DNA from: Chromatiales bacterium
GTDB lineage: Bacteria > Pseudomonadota > Gammaproteobacteria > Ectothiorhodospirales > Ectothiorhodospiraceae
DNA length: 64,000 nucleotides
Direction of reading: 5' to 3'
NCBI GenBank assembly: GCA_028695255.1
Contig: JAQVJI010000001.1
Location: forward strand, 4,840 to 68,839
Below the pieces are notes generated by a model that was not told where the DNA came from, ran no database searches, and saw only the letters and a program-made list of their open reading frames with translations. This document shows, piece by piece, positions 47,888 through 56,157 of this stretch. Positions within the stretch are counted from its first letter, which is position 1, and the number at the start of each line of letters is the position of its first letter. The position numbers and the translations under genes are program-made.

Positions 47888-50800
47888 ATGAGCGAGCAGA
47901 ACACGGGGCCGGAGAAACTCGGCATCTCCGGCGGCGTCGCGGCGCGCTTCCTCACTTCCGAGATCACGCCGCTGCTGGCGCTGGTCGGCTTCCTGCTCGG
48001 CCTGTTCGCAGTGCTGATCACGCCGCGCGAGGAAGAGCCGCAGATCAACGTCACCTTCGCCAACGTCTTCATTCCCTTCCCCGGCGCCACGGCGAGCGAG
48101 GTTTCGCACTTGGTCAGCACGCCGGCCGAGCAGGTGCTGTCCGAGATCGAGGGCGTGGAGCACATCTACACCGTGTCGCGGCCCGGCATGTCGATGCTGA
48201 CCGTGCGCTTCGAGGTCGGTCAGGACCGTACCAGTGCCATCGTGCGCCTGTACAACCAGATATTTTCCAATCAGGACTGGTTGCCGCAGAACCTCGGCGT
48301 CGGTCAGCCGCTGGTCAAGCCGATGGGCATCGACGACGTGCCGATCGGCGCCGTGACGCTGTGGACCGACGATCCCGAGCGCGGCGCGCATGAACTGCTG
48401 CGCGTCGCGCATGCGATCGAGGCCGAACTCAAGCGCGTGCCGGGTACGCGCGACATCTATACCCTCGGCGGCCCGGATCAGGTCGTGCACGTGCTGCTGG
48501 ACGTGCAGAAACTGGCCGGATTCGGCATCGACCCGTCCGATCTGCGCTATGCGCTCGCGGCCGGCAACGTCAGCCGCGATGCCGGTAGCCTGATCGGCGG
48601 CAACCAGGAGATTCCGGTCCAGGCCGGCAGTTTCCTGGTGAGTCCGGCGGAGATCGCTGCGCTGGTGGTCGGCATGCACGAGGGGCGGCCGGTGTACCTC
48701 TCCGACGTGGCCGAGGTACGTTTCGGGCCGGCCGCGCCGGACAGCTATGTCTATTTCGGCGCCGGTGCGGCTGGCGGTGACGAGCGGCACGCGGTGGGCG
48801 AGATCCATCCCGCCGTGACCGTCGTCGTCGCCAAACAGCCCGGCACCAATGCGGTGGTCATCGCCGAGCGACTGATGGAACGCTGGGGACAGTTGCAGGG
48901 CATTTTCGTGCCGGAGGGCGTGCACGCCACGGTCACGCGCAACTACGGTGCCACCGCCGACGACAAGGCGCAGACGCTGATCAAGAAACTCATCTTCGCC
49001 ACCGCCTCGGTGGTGATTCTGGTATGGGTCGCGCTCGGCTGGCGCGAGGCCTTCATCGTCGGCACGGCGGTGGTGATCACGCTCGCGATCACGCTGTTCG
49101 CGTCCTGGGCCTGGGGCTTCACGCTCAATCGCGTGTCGCTGTTCGCGCTCATCTTCTCCATCGGCATCCTGGTCGACGACGCCATCGTGGTGGTGGAGAA
49201 CATCCATCGCCACATGCAGATGGGCGCCAAATCGCTGCTGGAGGCGATTCCGCGCGCGGTGGACGAGGTCGGCGGGCCGACCATTCTCGCCACCTTCACC
49301 GTCATCGCGGCGTTGTTGCCGATGGCCTTCGTCACGGGGCTGATGGGGCCGTACATGAGCCCGATCCCGATCAATGCCAGCATGGGCATGCTGATCTCGC
49401 TCGCGGTGGCCTACGTCGTCACGCCCTGGATGACCTACAAGATGCTGCGCCGGCAGGCCGAGACCGCGCATCCGGCCGCACATGCGGGCCATGCGGGCGG
49501 CGGCTGGCTCGATCGCGTGTTCAACCGTGGTCTGCGGCCGTTCCTCGAAGGTTCGACCGCCGGTCTGCGGCGCAAGGCGCTCTACGGCGGCATGGTCGTG
49601 CTGATCGTGCTGTCGGCGTCGCTGGCGGTGTTCCAGGTCGTGGTGCTCAAGATGCTGCCGTTCGACAACAAGTCGGAGTTTCAGGTGGTGCTCGACATGC
49701 CCGAGGGCACGACGCTCGAACAGACACAGCGCGTGCTGAGCGAGATGGGGGCGTATCTGGCCGAAGTGCCGGAGGTGACCGACTTCCAGACCTATGCCGG
49801 CACCGCGGCGCCGATCAACTTCAATGGTCTGGTGCGTCAGTTCTATCTGCGGCGCGAGGCGCATCAGGGCGACATTCAGGTGAATCTCGCCGACCGGCGC
49901 GAGCGTCACCGCAAGAGTCACGAGATCGCGCTGTCGGTGCGTCCGCAACTGACGGAAATCGCGCGCCGCCATGGCGGCGACGTCAAGGTGGTCGAGGTGC
50001 CGCCGGGGCCGCCGGTGATGTCGCCGATCGTGGCGGAGATCTACGGCCCCGACTATGCTGGACAGATCGCGATCGCGAAACAGGTGCGCACGTTGTTCGA
50101 GAGTACGCCCGACATCGTCGACGTCGACGACAGCGTCGAACATCCGGGACCGCGCTATATCCTGCGCGTCGACCGCGAGCGCGCCGCGCGCCTCGGCGTG
50201 GCGCAGGACAGTATCGCGCAGGCGGTGACGACCGCGCTGTCGGGCGAGGACGTGAGCTTCCTGTTCGGCTCCAACGTCAAGTATCCGGTGCCGGTTCGCC
50301 TCGAACTGCCGGTGGCGGACAAGGCGTCGATCGACGGCGTGCTGGCGATGAAGCTGCGTTCGCGTGCGGGCGAGATGGTGCCGCTGGCCGAACTGGTCGA
50401 GGTGGTGGACAGCACGCGCGAGTACGCGATCCACACCAAGGATCTGCTGCCGGTGGTGTACGTGATGGGCGACATGGCCGGTGACCTGGACAGTCCGCTG
50501 TACGGCATGTTCAAGATGTTCGGTAGTCTCGGCGACACGCCGCTGGCCTACGGCAAGACCATCCAGCAGTACTTCACCCAGCAGCCGGAAAACCCCTATT
50601 TCTACAGCCTGAAATGGGATGGCGAGTGGCAGGTCACCTACGAGACCTTCCGCGACATGGGCATCGCCTATTCGATCGGCCTGATCCTGATCTACCTGCT
50701 GGTGGTGGCGCAGTTCCGTTCCTACATGGTGCCGCTGATCATCATGGCGCCGATTCCGCTGACGGTGATCGGCGTGATGCCGGGACATGCGCTGTTCGGC

Positions 50801-51139
50801 GCGCAGTTCACCGCCACCTCGATGATCGGCATGATCGCGCTGGCCGGCATCATCGTGCGCAACTCGATCCTGCTGGTGGATTTCATCAACGAGCAGGTGC
50901 GGGCGGGAGCGCGGATCGAGGATGCGGTGGTGAAGGCCGGCGCGGTGCGTGCCAAGCCGATCGTGCTGACCGGTGCCGCCGCGATGATCGGCGCGCTGTT
51001 CATCCTCGACGACCCGATCTTTAACGGCTTGGCGCTGTCGCTGATCTTCGGCATCCTGGTGTCGACCGTGCTGACGCTGGTGGTGATTCCGGTGCTGTAC
51101 TTCAGCTACCTGCGCCGGATGGCCGCGCGGACGGCATAA
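47888..51139 (+). CDS. efflux RND transporter permease (AcrB/AcrD/AcrF superfamily)
   Basis: 1083 aa with 12-TM, two-large-loop architecture (...FALIFSIGILVDDAIVVVENI... and ...MIALAGIIVRNSILLVDF...). Confidence 0.92.
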   Translation: MSEQNTGPEKLGISGGVAARFLTSEITPLLALVGFLLGLFAVLITPREEEPQINVTFANVFIPFPGATASEVSHLVSTPAEQVLSEIEGVEHIYTVSRPGMSMLTVRFEVGQDRTSAIVRLYNQIFSNQDWLPQNLGVGQPLVKPMGIDDVPIGAVTLWTDDPERGAHELLRVAHAIEAELKRVPGTRDIYTLGGPDQVVHVLLDVQKLAGFGIDPSDLRYALAAGNVSRDAGSLIGGNQEIPVQAGSFLVSPAEIAALVVGMHEGRPVYLSDVAEVRFGPAAPDSYVYFGAGAAGGDERHAVGEIHPAVTVVVAKQPGTNAVVIAERLMERWGQLQGIFVPEGVHATVTRNYGATADDKAQTLIKKLIFATASVVILVWVALGWREAFIVGTAVVITLAITLFASWAWGFTLNRVSLFALIFSIGILVDDAIVVVENIHRHMQMGAKSLLEAIPRAVDEVGGPTILATFTVIAALLPMAFVTGLMGPYMSPIPINASMGMLISLAVAYVVTPWMTYKMLRRQAETAHPAAHAGHAGGGWLDRVFNRGLRPFLEGSTAGLRRKALYGGMVVLIVLSASLAVFQVVVLKMLPFDNKSEFQVVLDMPEGTTLEQTQRVLSEMGAYLAEVPEVTDFQTYAGTAAPINFNGLVRQFYLRREAHQGDIQVNLADRRERHRKSHEIALSVRPQLTEIARRHGGDVKVVEVPPGPPVMSPIVAEIYGPDYAGQIAIAKQVRTLFESTPDIVDVDDSVEHPGPRYILRVDRERAARLGVAQDSIAQAVTTALSGEDVSFLFGSNVKYPVPVRLELPVADKASIDGVLAMKLRSRAGEMVPLAELVEVVDSTREYAIHTKDLLPVVYVMGDMAGDLDSPLYGMFKMFGSLGDTPLAYGKTIQQYFTQQPENPYFYSLKWDGEWQVTYETFRDMGIAYSIGLILIYLLVVAQFRSYMVPLIIMAPIPLTVIGVMPGHALFGAQFTATSMIGMIALAGIIVRNSILLVDFINEQVRAGARIEDAVVKAGAVRAKPIVLTGAAAMIGALFILDDPIFNGLALSLIFGILVSTVLTLVVIPVLYFSYLRRMAARTA

Positions 51140-51151
51140 TCGCAAATCCTG

Positions 51152-51197
51152 GGCGTGCAGCGTATCCCGTTGGGGATACGCTGCACGCCTTGATTTT
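51152..51197 (+). terminator. Rho-independent terminator after the RND pump gene
   Basis: GGCGTGCAGCGTATCCC GTTG GGGATACGCTGCACGCC gives a perfect 17-bp stem followed by TTGATTTT, 13 nt after the stop. Confidence 0.85.
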
Positions 51198-51255
51198 GGT
51201 CCGGCGCGCTTCGCTGGTAACATGTGCGGTCACGTTCGCAACCGGGTGGGCCGAT

Positions 51256-52197
51256 ATGGCGGATCGCAGACTCCAGGTGTTCTATACGGTGGCGCGTCTC
51301 CTGTCGTTCACCAAGGCGGCCGATGCGCTGCACATGACGCAACCGGCGGTGACCTTCCAGGTGCGTCAGATCGAGGAACATTTCAACACGCGTCTGTTCG
51401 ACCGTACGCACAATCGCGTCAGCCTCACCGAGGCCGGACGCAAGGTCTACGAGTACGCCGAGCGCATCTTCGAGGTGTACGCGGAGATGGAGAACGCCGT
51501 GCGCGAACTGACCGGCGACGTCAGCGGCGTGCTGACGCTCGGGGCCAGTACCACCATCGCCGAATACATGCTGTTGTCGTTGCTCGGCGACTTCAAGAAG
51601 AAGTATCCGGAAGTGAACGTGCGCCTCAAGGTGTCCAACAGCGAGGGCATCGTGTCGATGGTGGAGAACAACGTCATCGATCTGGGCGTGGTCGAGGCGC
51701 CGGTGACCAACAAGAACCTTCAGGTCGAGGTCTGCCGCATCGATCAGTTGGTGGCGATCGTGCCGCCGAACCATCCGCTCGCCAACCGCAAGTCGGTGAC
51801 CATCGAGGACATCCTGCCGTATCCGTTCATCTGCCGCGAGGAAGGGTCCGGTACGCGCGAGGTGATCATCGAATACATCGTCGAGCAGGGCGTCGACCGC
51901 AATGGGCTGGACGTCTGCCTGGAGCTCGGCAGTCCCGAGGCGATCAAGGGCGCGGTCGAGGCCAACATGGGCATCTCGATCATTTCCAGCGCGACCATCG
52001 AAAAGGAACTGGCGCTCAAGCGTCTGGCCTCGATACCGCTCAATCCGCCGTTGGAACGGCCCTTCTCCTTCGTGCGGCAGCGACAGAAATTCCGCCTGCG
52101 CGCGATGGAGGAGTTGCTGGATTTCGCGCGCAACTATTGCCACATCCACCAGAATCCGGAAGACGACAAGAAGACGCGCGAGGACGCGGTTTCGTGA
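51256..52197 (+). CDS. LysR-family transcriptional regulator
   Basis: ATG 51256. MADRRLQVFYTVARLLSFTKAADALHMTQPAVTFQVRQIE is an LTTR HTH, followed by a substrate-binding domain. 313 aa. Confidence 0.88.
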   Translation: MADRRLQVFYTVARLLSFTKAADALHMTQPAVTFQVRQIEEHFNTRLFDRTHNRVSLTEAGRKVYEYAERIFEVYAEMENAVRELTGDVSGVLTLGASTTIAEYMLLSLLGDFKKKYPEVNVRLKVSNSEGIVSMVENNVIDLGVVEAPVTNKNLQVEVCRIDQLVAIVPPNHPLANRKSVTIEDILPYPFICREEGSGTREVIIEYIVEQGVDRNGLDVCLELGSPEAIKGAVEANMGISIISSATIEKELALKRLASIPLNPPLERPFSFVRQRQKFRLRAMEELLDFARNYCHIHQNPEDDKKTREDAVS

Positions 52198-52287
52198 GCT
52201 GCCGTGCCGTTCGGTATCACAGTCGGGACGCACGTCCCCTGACGCAGGTGCCGCCGTTCGCGTTCAACGTCGAGGCCGAGACTGGCG

Positions 52288-52671
52288 ATGCCCCTCATCC
52301 CCGGTAATGCCACAGGCGCCAAGAAGGCCGTCCGCAGGCTGACGGAGATCTTCGGTTCGCTGCCCGAGGGCGAACGCGAAACCCTGCTGGCGTTTGCCGA
52401 ATTCCTCGCCGCCCGGGCCGTGCCGGCGACGCGCGAGATACCACCGCCCGAACCCATTCCACGCCCCGAGAGCGAGAGTGTCGTGCGCGCGATGAAGCGT
52501 CTGTCCGCAAGCTATCACATGCTCGACAAGGCGAAGCTCCTCAACGAGACCTCGGCCCTGATGGCTCAGCACGTCATGCAGGGGCGGCCGGCGGTCGAGG
52601 TCATCGATGAGCTGGAGATCGTGTTCGAGACCCACTATCGTCGTCTGATCGGTGAGATCGAATCATCCTAG
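52288..52671 (+). CDS. hypothetical protein (127 aa)
   Basis: Clean ORF with typical codon bias. It has a Pro-rich linker (REIPPPEPIPRPESE) between two helical segments. No motif recognised. The stop codon lies inside the left arm of the 52662-52906 inverted repeat. Confidence 0.5.
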   Translation: MPLIPGNATGAKKAVRRLTEIFGSLPEGERETLLAFAEFLAARAVPATREIPPPEPIPRPESESVVRAMKRLSASYHMLDKAKLLNETSALMAQHVMQGRPAVEVIDELEIVFETHYRRLIGEIESS

Positions 52672-52906
52672 AAACCGCAGTTGACCGCTTCGAGGCTGAA
52701 ACAAATGTCTGCCGATACGAAACATTCGGGCTTTTGCATGGTTCACCTTGCGGGTGAGGCCGCTACGCGTCCGATAGCGCGGTTTTCCGGCCCCCTGGCG
52801 GCGTTGCTCCTCCTTGCAGGGGGCGGCCCTGCCGCGTCGTCGCGCCTTGCCAGATGCCCGGAAAACCGCACACTCGAACACGTTCAACTGCGGTTTCTAG
52901 GATGAT
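52662..52906. mobile_element. 245-bp MITE-like / giant-hairpin element with 23-bp perfect terminal inverted repeats
   Basis: ATCATCCTAGAAACCGCAGTTGA (52662-84) is the exact reverse complement of 52884-52906. The arms continue imperfectly for about 12 more bp. Nested stems: GCGGTTTTCCGG/CCGGAAAACCGC and GCCCCCTG/CAGGGGGC. CTAG occurs at both ends. Confidence 0.6.
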
Positions 52907-53969
52907 CACCATTCTGCGTGCCTGGTATCAGCGGCACTTCTCCAATCCACAGGTCGTCATCCTCGCGCTGCTGCTGGTCATCGGCTTCGCCGTGGTGCTG
53001 TTCGCCGGCCGCATCCTGGCGCCGATCCTCGCCAGCGTCATCATCGCCTATCTGCTGGAAGGCGCCGTGCAGGTACTGGAGCGGCGCGGCATGCCGCGCA
53101 TCGCATCGGTGACGCTGGTGTTCGTGGTGTTCCTGGCCGCATTCATCCTGTCGATGCTGGGCCTGATGCCCGTGCTGTCGCAGCAGATCACCCAACTGGT
53201 GCGTGAACTGCCGACGATGATCGCCGAAGGCCAGAAACAACTGCTGTTGCTGCCGGAGCGCTATCCGCAGTTCGTATCCGAGGAACAGGTGCGCGAGGTG
53301 ATGGGTGCCATCCGCGCCGAGGTGACGGCGCTCGGCCAGAAGGTGGTGACCCTGTCACTGGCCTCGCTGGTGCGTCTGGTGACCTTCCTGGTCTATCTGG
53401 TGGTGATCCCGCTGATGGTGTTCTTCCTGCTCAAGGACAAGGATCAAATCGTCGCCTGGGTACAGAGCTTCCTGCCGAGCGATCGCGGGCTGGCCAACGA
53501 GGTGTGGGCCGAGGTGAACGTCAAGATCGGTTCCTACGTGCGCGGCAAGTTCATGGAGATCCTGATCGTGTGGGTGACGAGCTACGTCACCTTCGCGCTG
53601 CTCGGGCTCGAATACGCCATGCTGCTTTCGTTCACCGTCGGCATCTCGGTCATCATCCCCTACATCGGTGCCGCCGTGGTCACGCTGCCGGTGGCCGCGG
53701 TGGCCTATTTCCAGTGGGGCCTGGACGGCAACTTCGTCTACGTACTGATCGCCTACGGCGTGATCCAGTTTCTCGATGGCAACGTGCTGGTGCCGCTGCT
53801 GTTCTCCGAAGTCGTCAACCTGCATCCGGTCGCGATCATCACGGCCGTGCTGGTGTTCGGTGGGTTGTGGGGGTTGTGGGGCGTGTTCTTCGCGATTCCG
53901 CTGGCAACGCTGATCCAGGCCGTCATCAAGTCCTGGCCGCGTTACGGCGCGGCACCGGCGTCCGGTTGA
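52902..53969 (+). CDS. AI-2E family transporter (PerM/UPF0118), copy 2
   Basis: ATG 52902 within the track ORF. MITILRAWYQRHFSNPQVVILALLLVIGFAVVLF...PYIGAAVVTLP...LVPLLFSEVVNLHPVAIITAVLVFGGLWGLWGVFFAIPLA...; AI-2E pattern. Confidence 0.82.
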   Translation: MITILRAWYQRHFSNPQVVILALLLVIGFAVVLFAGRILAPILASVIIAYLLEGAVQVLERRGMPRIASVTLVFVVFLAAFILSMLGLMPVLSQQITQLVRELPTMIAEGQKQLLLLPERYPQFVSEEQVREVMGAIRAEVTALGQKVVTLSLASLVRLVTFLVYLVVIPLMVFFLLKDKDQIVAWVQSFLPSDRGLANEVWAEVNVKIGSYVRGKFMEILIVWVTSYVTFALLGLEYAMLLSFTVGISVIIPYIGAAVVTLPVAAVAYFQWGLDGNFVYVLIAYGVIQFLDGNVLVPLLFSEVVNLHPVAIITAVLVFGGLWGLWGVFFAIPLATLIQAVIKSWPRYGAAPASG

Positions 53970-56035
53970 TCGCGCATGGGTCGGCTGTCTGCGATCGCCG
54001 TCAGCGCCAGCAACTCGTTCGGGAATATCGAACCTGCGAGCTTGCGTTCCAGTCCGGTGCGGCGCATCACTTCCAGCACCTGCGGATTCAGTCCGCTGAA
54101 CAGTACGTCGACATCGTTCAGTCGCAGCCGCTCCACCAGGTGGTGCAGCACGTCCTCGCCCGAGGCATCGATCTGGCTGATGCCGTTTCCCACCACCAGC
54201 AGATAACGGGCCGCCGGCTGGTTCGCCACCGCTTCCAGGATCGCGTCCTCGAAGCAGGCCACGTTGGCGAAATACAGGGCGCCGTCGAAGCGCACGATCA
54301 CGATCTCCTCGTCCTTGTTCGTGGTACCCGCGCGTTCCTCCAGATGACCGTCGGTGCCGCGGCCGAGGATCGCCATGTGCGGGCGCATCGTCCGCAGCAG
54401 GTACAGGATCACCGCCAGACCGGCACCGACCAGGATGCCGAGGTCGAGGTGCGGCGCGAAGGTCAGCGTGGCGGCGAAGGTGGTGACTGCGGCGGCACCG
54501 TCGTGACGGTGCGCCTGCCAGGCGTGCAGCATGGCCTTGAAGTTGATCAGTCCGATGACCGCCAGCATGATGACGGCCGCCAGCACGGCCTGTGGCAGGT
54601 GATGCAGCAACGGCGTCAGGAACAGCAGGGTGATCAGCACCACGCCGCCCGCGAACACCGATGACATCCCCGTTACCGCCCCCGCGTTGAGATTCACCGC
54701 CGAGCGGGAAAACGACCCGCTCACCGGATAGGATTGGCTGAAGCTGCCGACGATGTTGGCAAGTCCCTGGCCGATCAGTTCCTGGTTCGGATCGATGCGG
54801 GCGCGCGTCTTGACCGCCATCGCCTTGGCGATGGAAATCGCTTCCATGAAGCCCACCAGCGAGATGACGATGGCACTGGACAGCAGGGCCACCATCGCAT
54901 CCCAGGAGAAGCTCGGCATTTCCAGGCGCGGCAGGCCGGACGGGATGTCGCCGACCACGGCGCCGCCGCCCGACAAATGGACCTCGTCGCCGCGCACGGC
55001 GCGCACGCGCCAGCGCTGGCCGTCGTGCGTCTGTCCGGTGGGTACGCGGTCCGTCAGGTACAGCACGGTATCGGCACCGTCGGCGACTTTGTGGAAGGCA
55101 AATTGCTGCAAGGCACGTTGTGCCCGCACCTGCTCGCGCTCGGCCTCCTTGCGCTCCGCCTGCAACAATTCGAGTTCGTAGCGCAGCGCAATCACGCGCC
55201 GGTCCAGCGTACCGTATGCCGCCGTCATCTGATTCAGTTCTTGCCGCCGCTCCGTGATGCGCCGTGCCAGCTCGGCGCCGATGCGATCCTTGTCCACCAC
55301 CTTGTGCGCCAGCGTGCGCAGCTCGATGTCGTTGATCTGCCCGATGGTGGCGACGTTGCTGCGTTCGAAGCCAGTGGCCCAACTGACGAAGGTTGCCAGC
55401 GCGACCGCGATCAGCACGCCGGGCAACCGGGGTGCGTACCGGCGCAGTCCCCACATGATGGCGAAGGCGCCGAGGCCCATCAGCAGCGTCGGGACATGGG
55501 TATCGCCCACTTGCAGCAACACGCCCCAGATGTCCTGCATGAAGGATTCGCTGCGGCCGATCGAGACGCCGAGCAGCTTGTTGAGCTGCGACAGTCCGAT
55601 GATGATCGCGGCCGCGCTGGTGAAACCGACGATCACCGGATGCGAGATGAAGTTGACCAGCACGCCGAGCCGGAACGCACCGAGGGCGAGCTGAATCAGG
55701 CCGACCATGCAGGCGAGCATGATCGCGAGTGCGATGAATGGTTCGGTACCGAGTGCCGCCAGCGGCGCCAGTGCCGAGGCCGTCAGCAGCGACGCCACTG
55801 CGACGGGTCCGGTCGCGAGCTGCGCCGACGATCCCCACAATGCCGCCACGATGCCTGGCAGGAACGCCGCGTACAGGCCGTAGTAGGCCGGCAGCCCCGC
55901 CAGTTGCGCATAGGCCATGGACTGCGGAATGAGCACCAGCGCCACCGAAATGCCCGCGATCAGGTCCGCGCGCCAATGCGTGCGCGCCGTCGGCAGCCAG
56001 TCGAGGAATGGCAGGAATGTCTTCGGGGGGTACAT
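53942..56035 (-). CDS. SulP-family anion transporter with C-terminal STAS domain and an insertion of about 130 aa
   Basis: ...DLIAGISVALVLIPQSMAYAQLAGLP...GPVAVASLL... forms the SulP core. The STAS region is VIVRFDGALYFANV...LVVGNGISQIDASG.... An extra coiled-coil plus beta segment (aa 226-358) sits before the conserved VVGDIPSGLP. Confidence 0.85.
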   Translation of the reverse strand: MYPPKTFLPFLDWLPTARTHWRADLIAGISVALVLIPQSMAYAQLAGLPAYYGLYAAFLPGIVAALWGSSAQLATGPVAVASLLTASALAPLAALGTEPFIALAIMLACMVGLIQLALGAFRLGVLVNFISHPVIVGFTSAAAIIIGLSQLNKLLGVSIGRSESFMQDIWGVLLQVGDTHVPTLLMGLGAFAIMWGLRRYAPRLPGVLIAVALATFVSWATGFERSNVATIGQINDIELRTLAHKVVDKDRIGAELARRITERRQELNQMTAAYGTLDRRVIALRYELELLQAERKEAEREQVRAQRALQQFAFHKVADGADTVLYLTDRVPTGQTHDGQRWRVRAVRGDEVHLSGGGAVVGDIPSGLPRLEMPSFSWDAMVALLSSAIVISLVGFMEAISIAKAMAVKTRARIDPNQELIGQGLANIVGSFSQSYPVSGSFSRSAVNLNAGAVTGMSSVFAGGVVLITLLFLTPLLHHLPQAVLAAVIMLAVIGLINFKAMLHAWQAHRHDGAAAVTTFAATLTFAPHLDLGILVGAGLAVILYLLRTMRPHMAILGRGTDGHLEERAGTTNKDEEIVIVRFDGALYFANVACFEDAILEAVANQPAARYLLVVGNGISQIDASGEDVLHHLVERLRLNDVDVLFSGLNPQVLEVMRRTGLERKLAGSIFPNELLALTAIADSRPMRDQPDAGAAP

Positions 56036-56157
56036 GGTTTTGCCGGGACGACCGTCGTGGTGTGAGGAGCGATATGCTACAGGATACGGTCGGCGGACCG
56101 CTCCTCATGCTGGACAGGTGCCCCGGCGTCATGAGTGCCGGAGCACCTGTCCGACCG

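Noticed and set aside
46847-51223. 1458-aa minus-strand ORF antisense to the MFP and RND pump genes
   Set aside because: The composition (R/H/D/Q/G runs) is not protein-like. The plus-strand genes carry clear family motifs and 12-TM architecture. It is an antisense frame kept open by GC3 bias.
52663-52905. Two mirrored 74-aa ORFs, one per strand, both ending LRFLG
   Set aside because: The identical C-termini are a direct consequence of the terminal inverted repeats. The interiors are unrelated and low in coding quality.
53355-56132. 925-aa minus-strand ORF overlapping the SulP gene in another frame, with similar alternative-frame ORFs at 3993-5273, 17102-18619, 17940-19307, 26127-27281, 28064-29821, 30088-32487, 33803-35356, 44449-46176, 56129-57619 and 59198-61459
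   Set aside because: All overlap genes with strong family signatures. All show Arg/Pro/Gly/His-rich composition, and none has a plausible RBS or motif.
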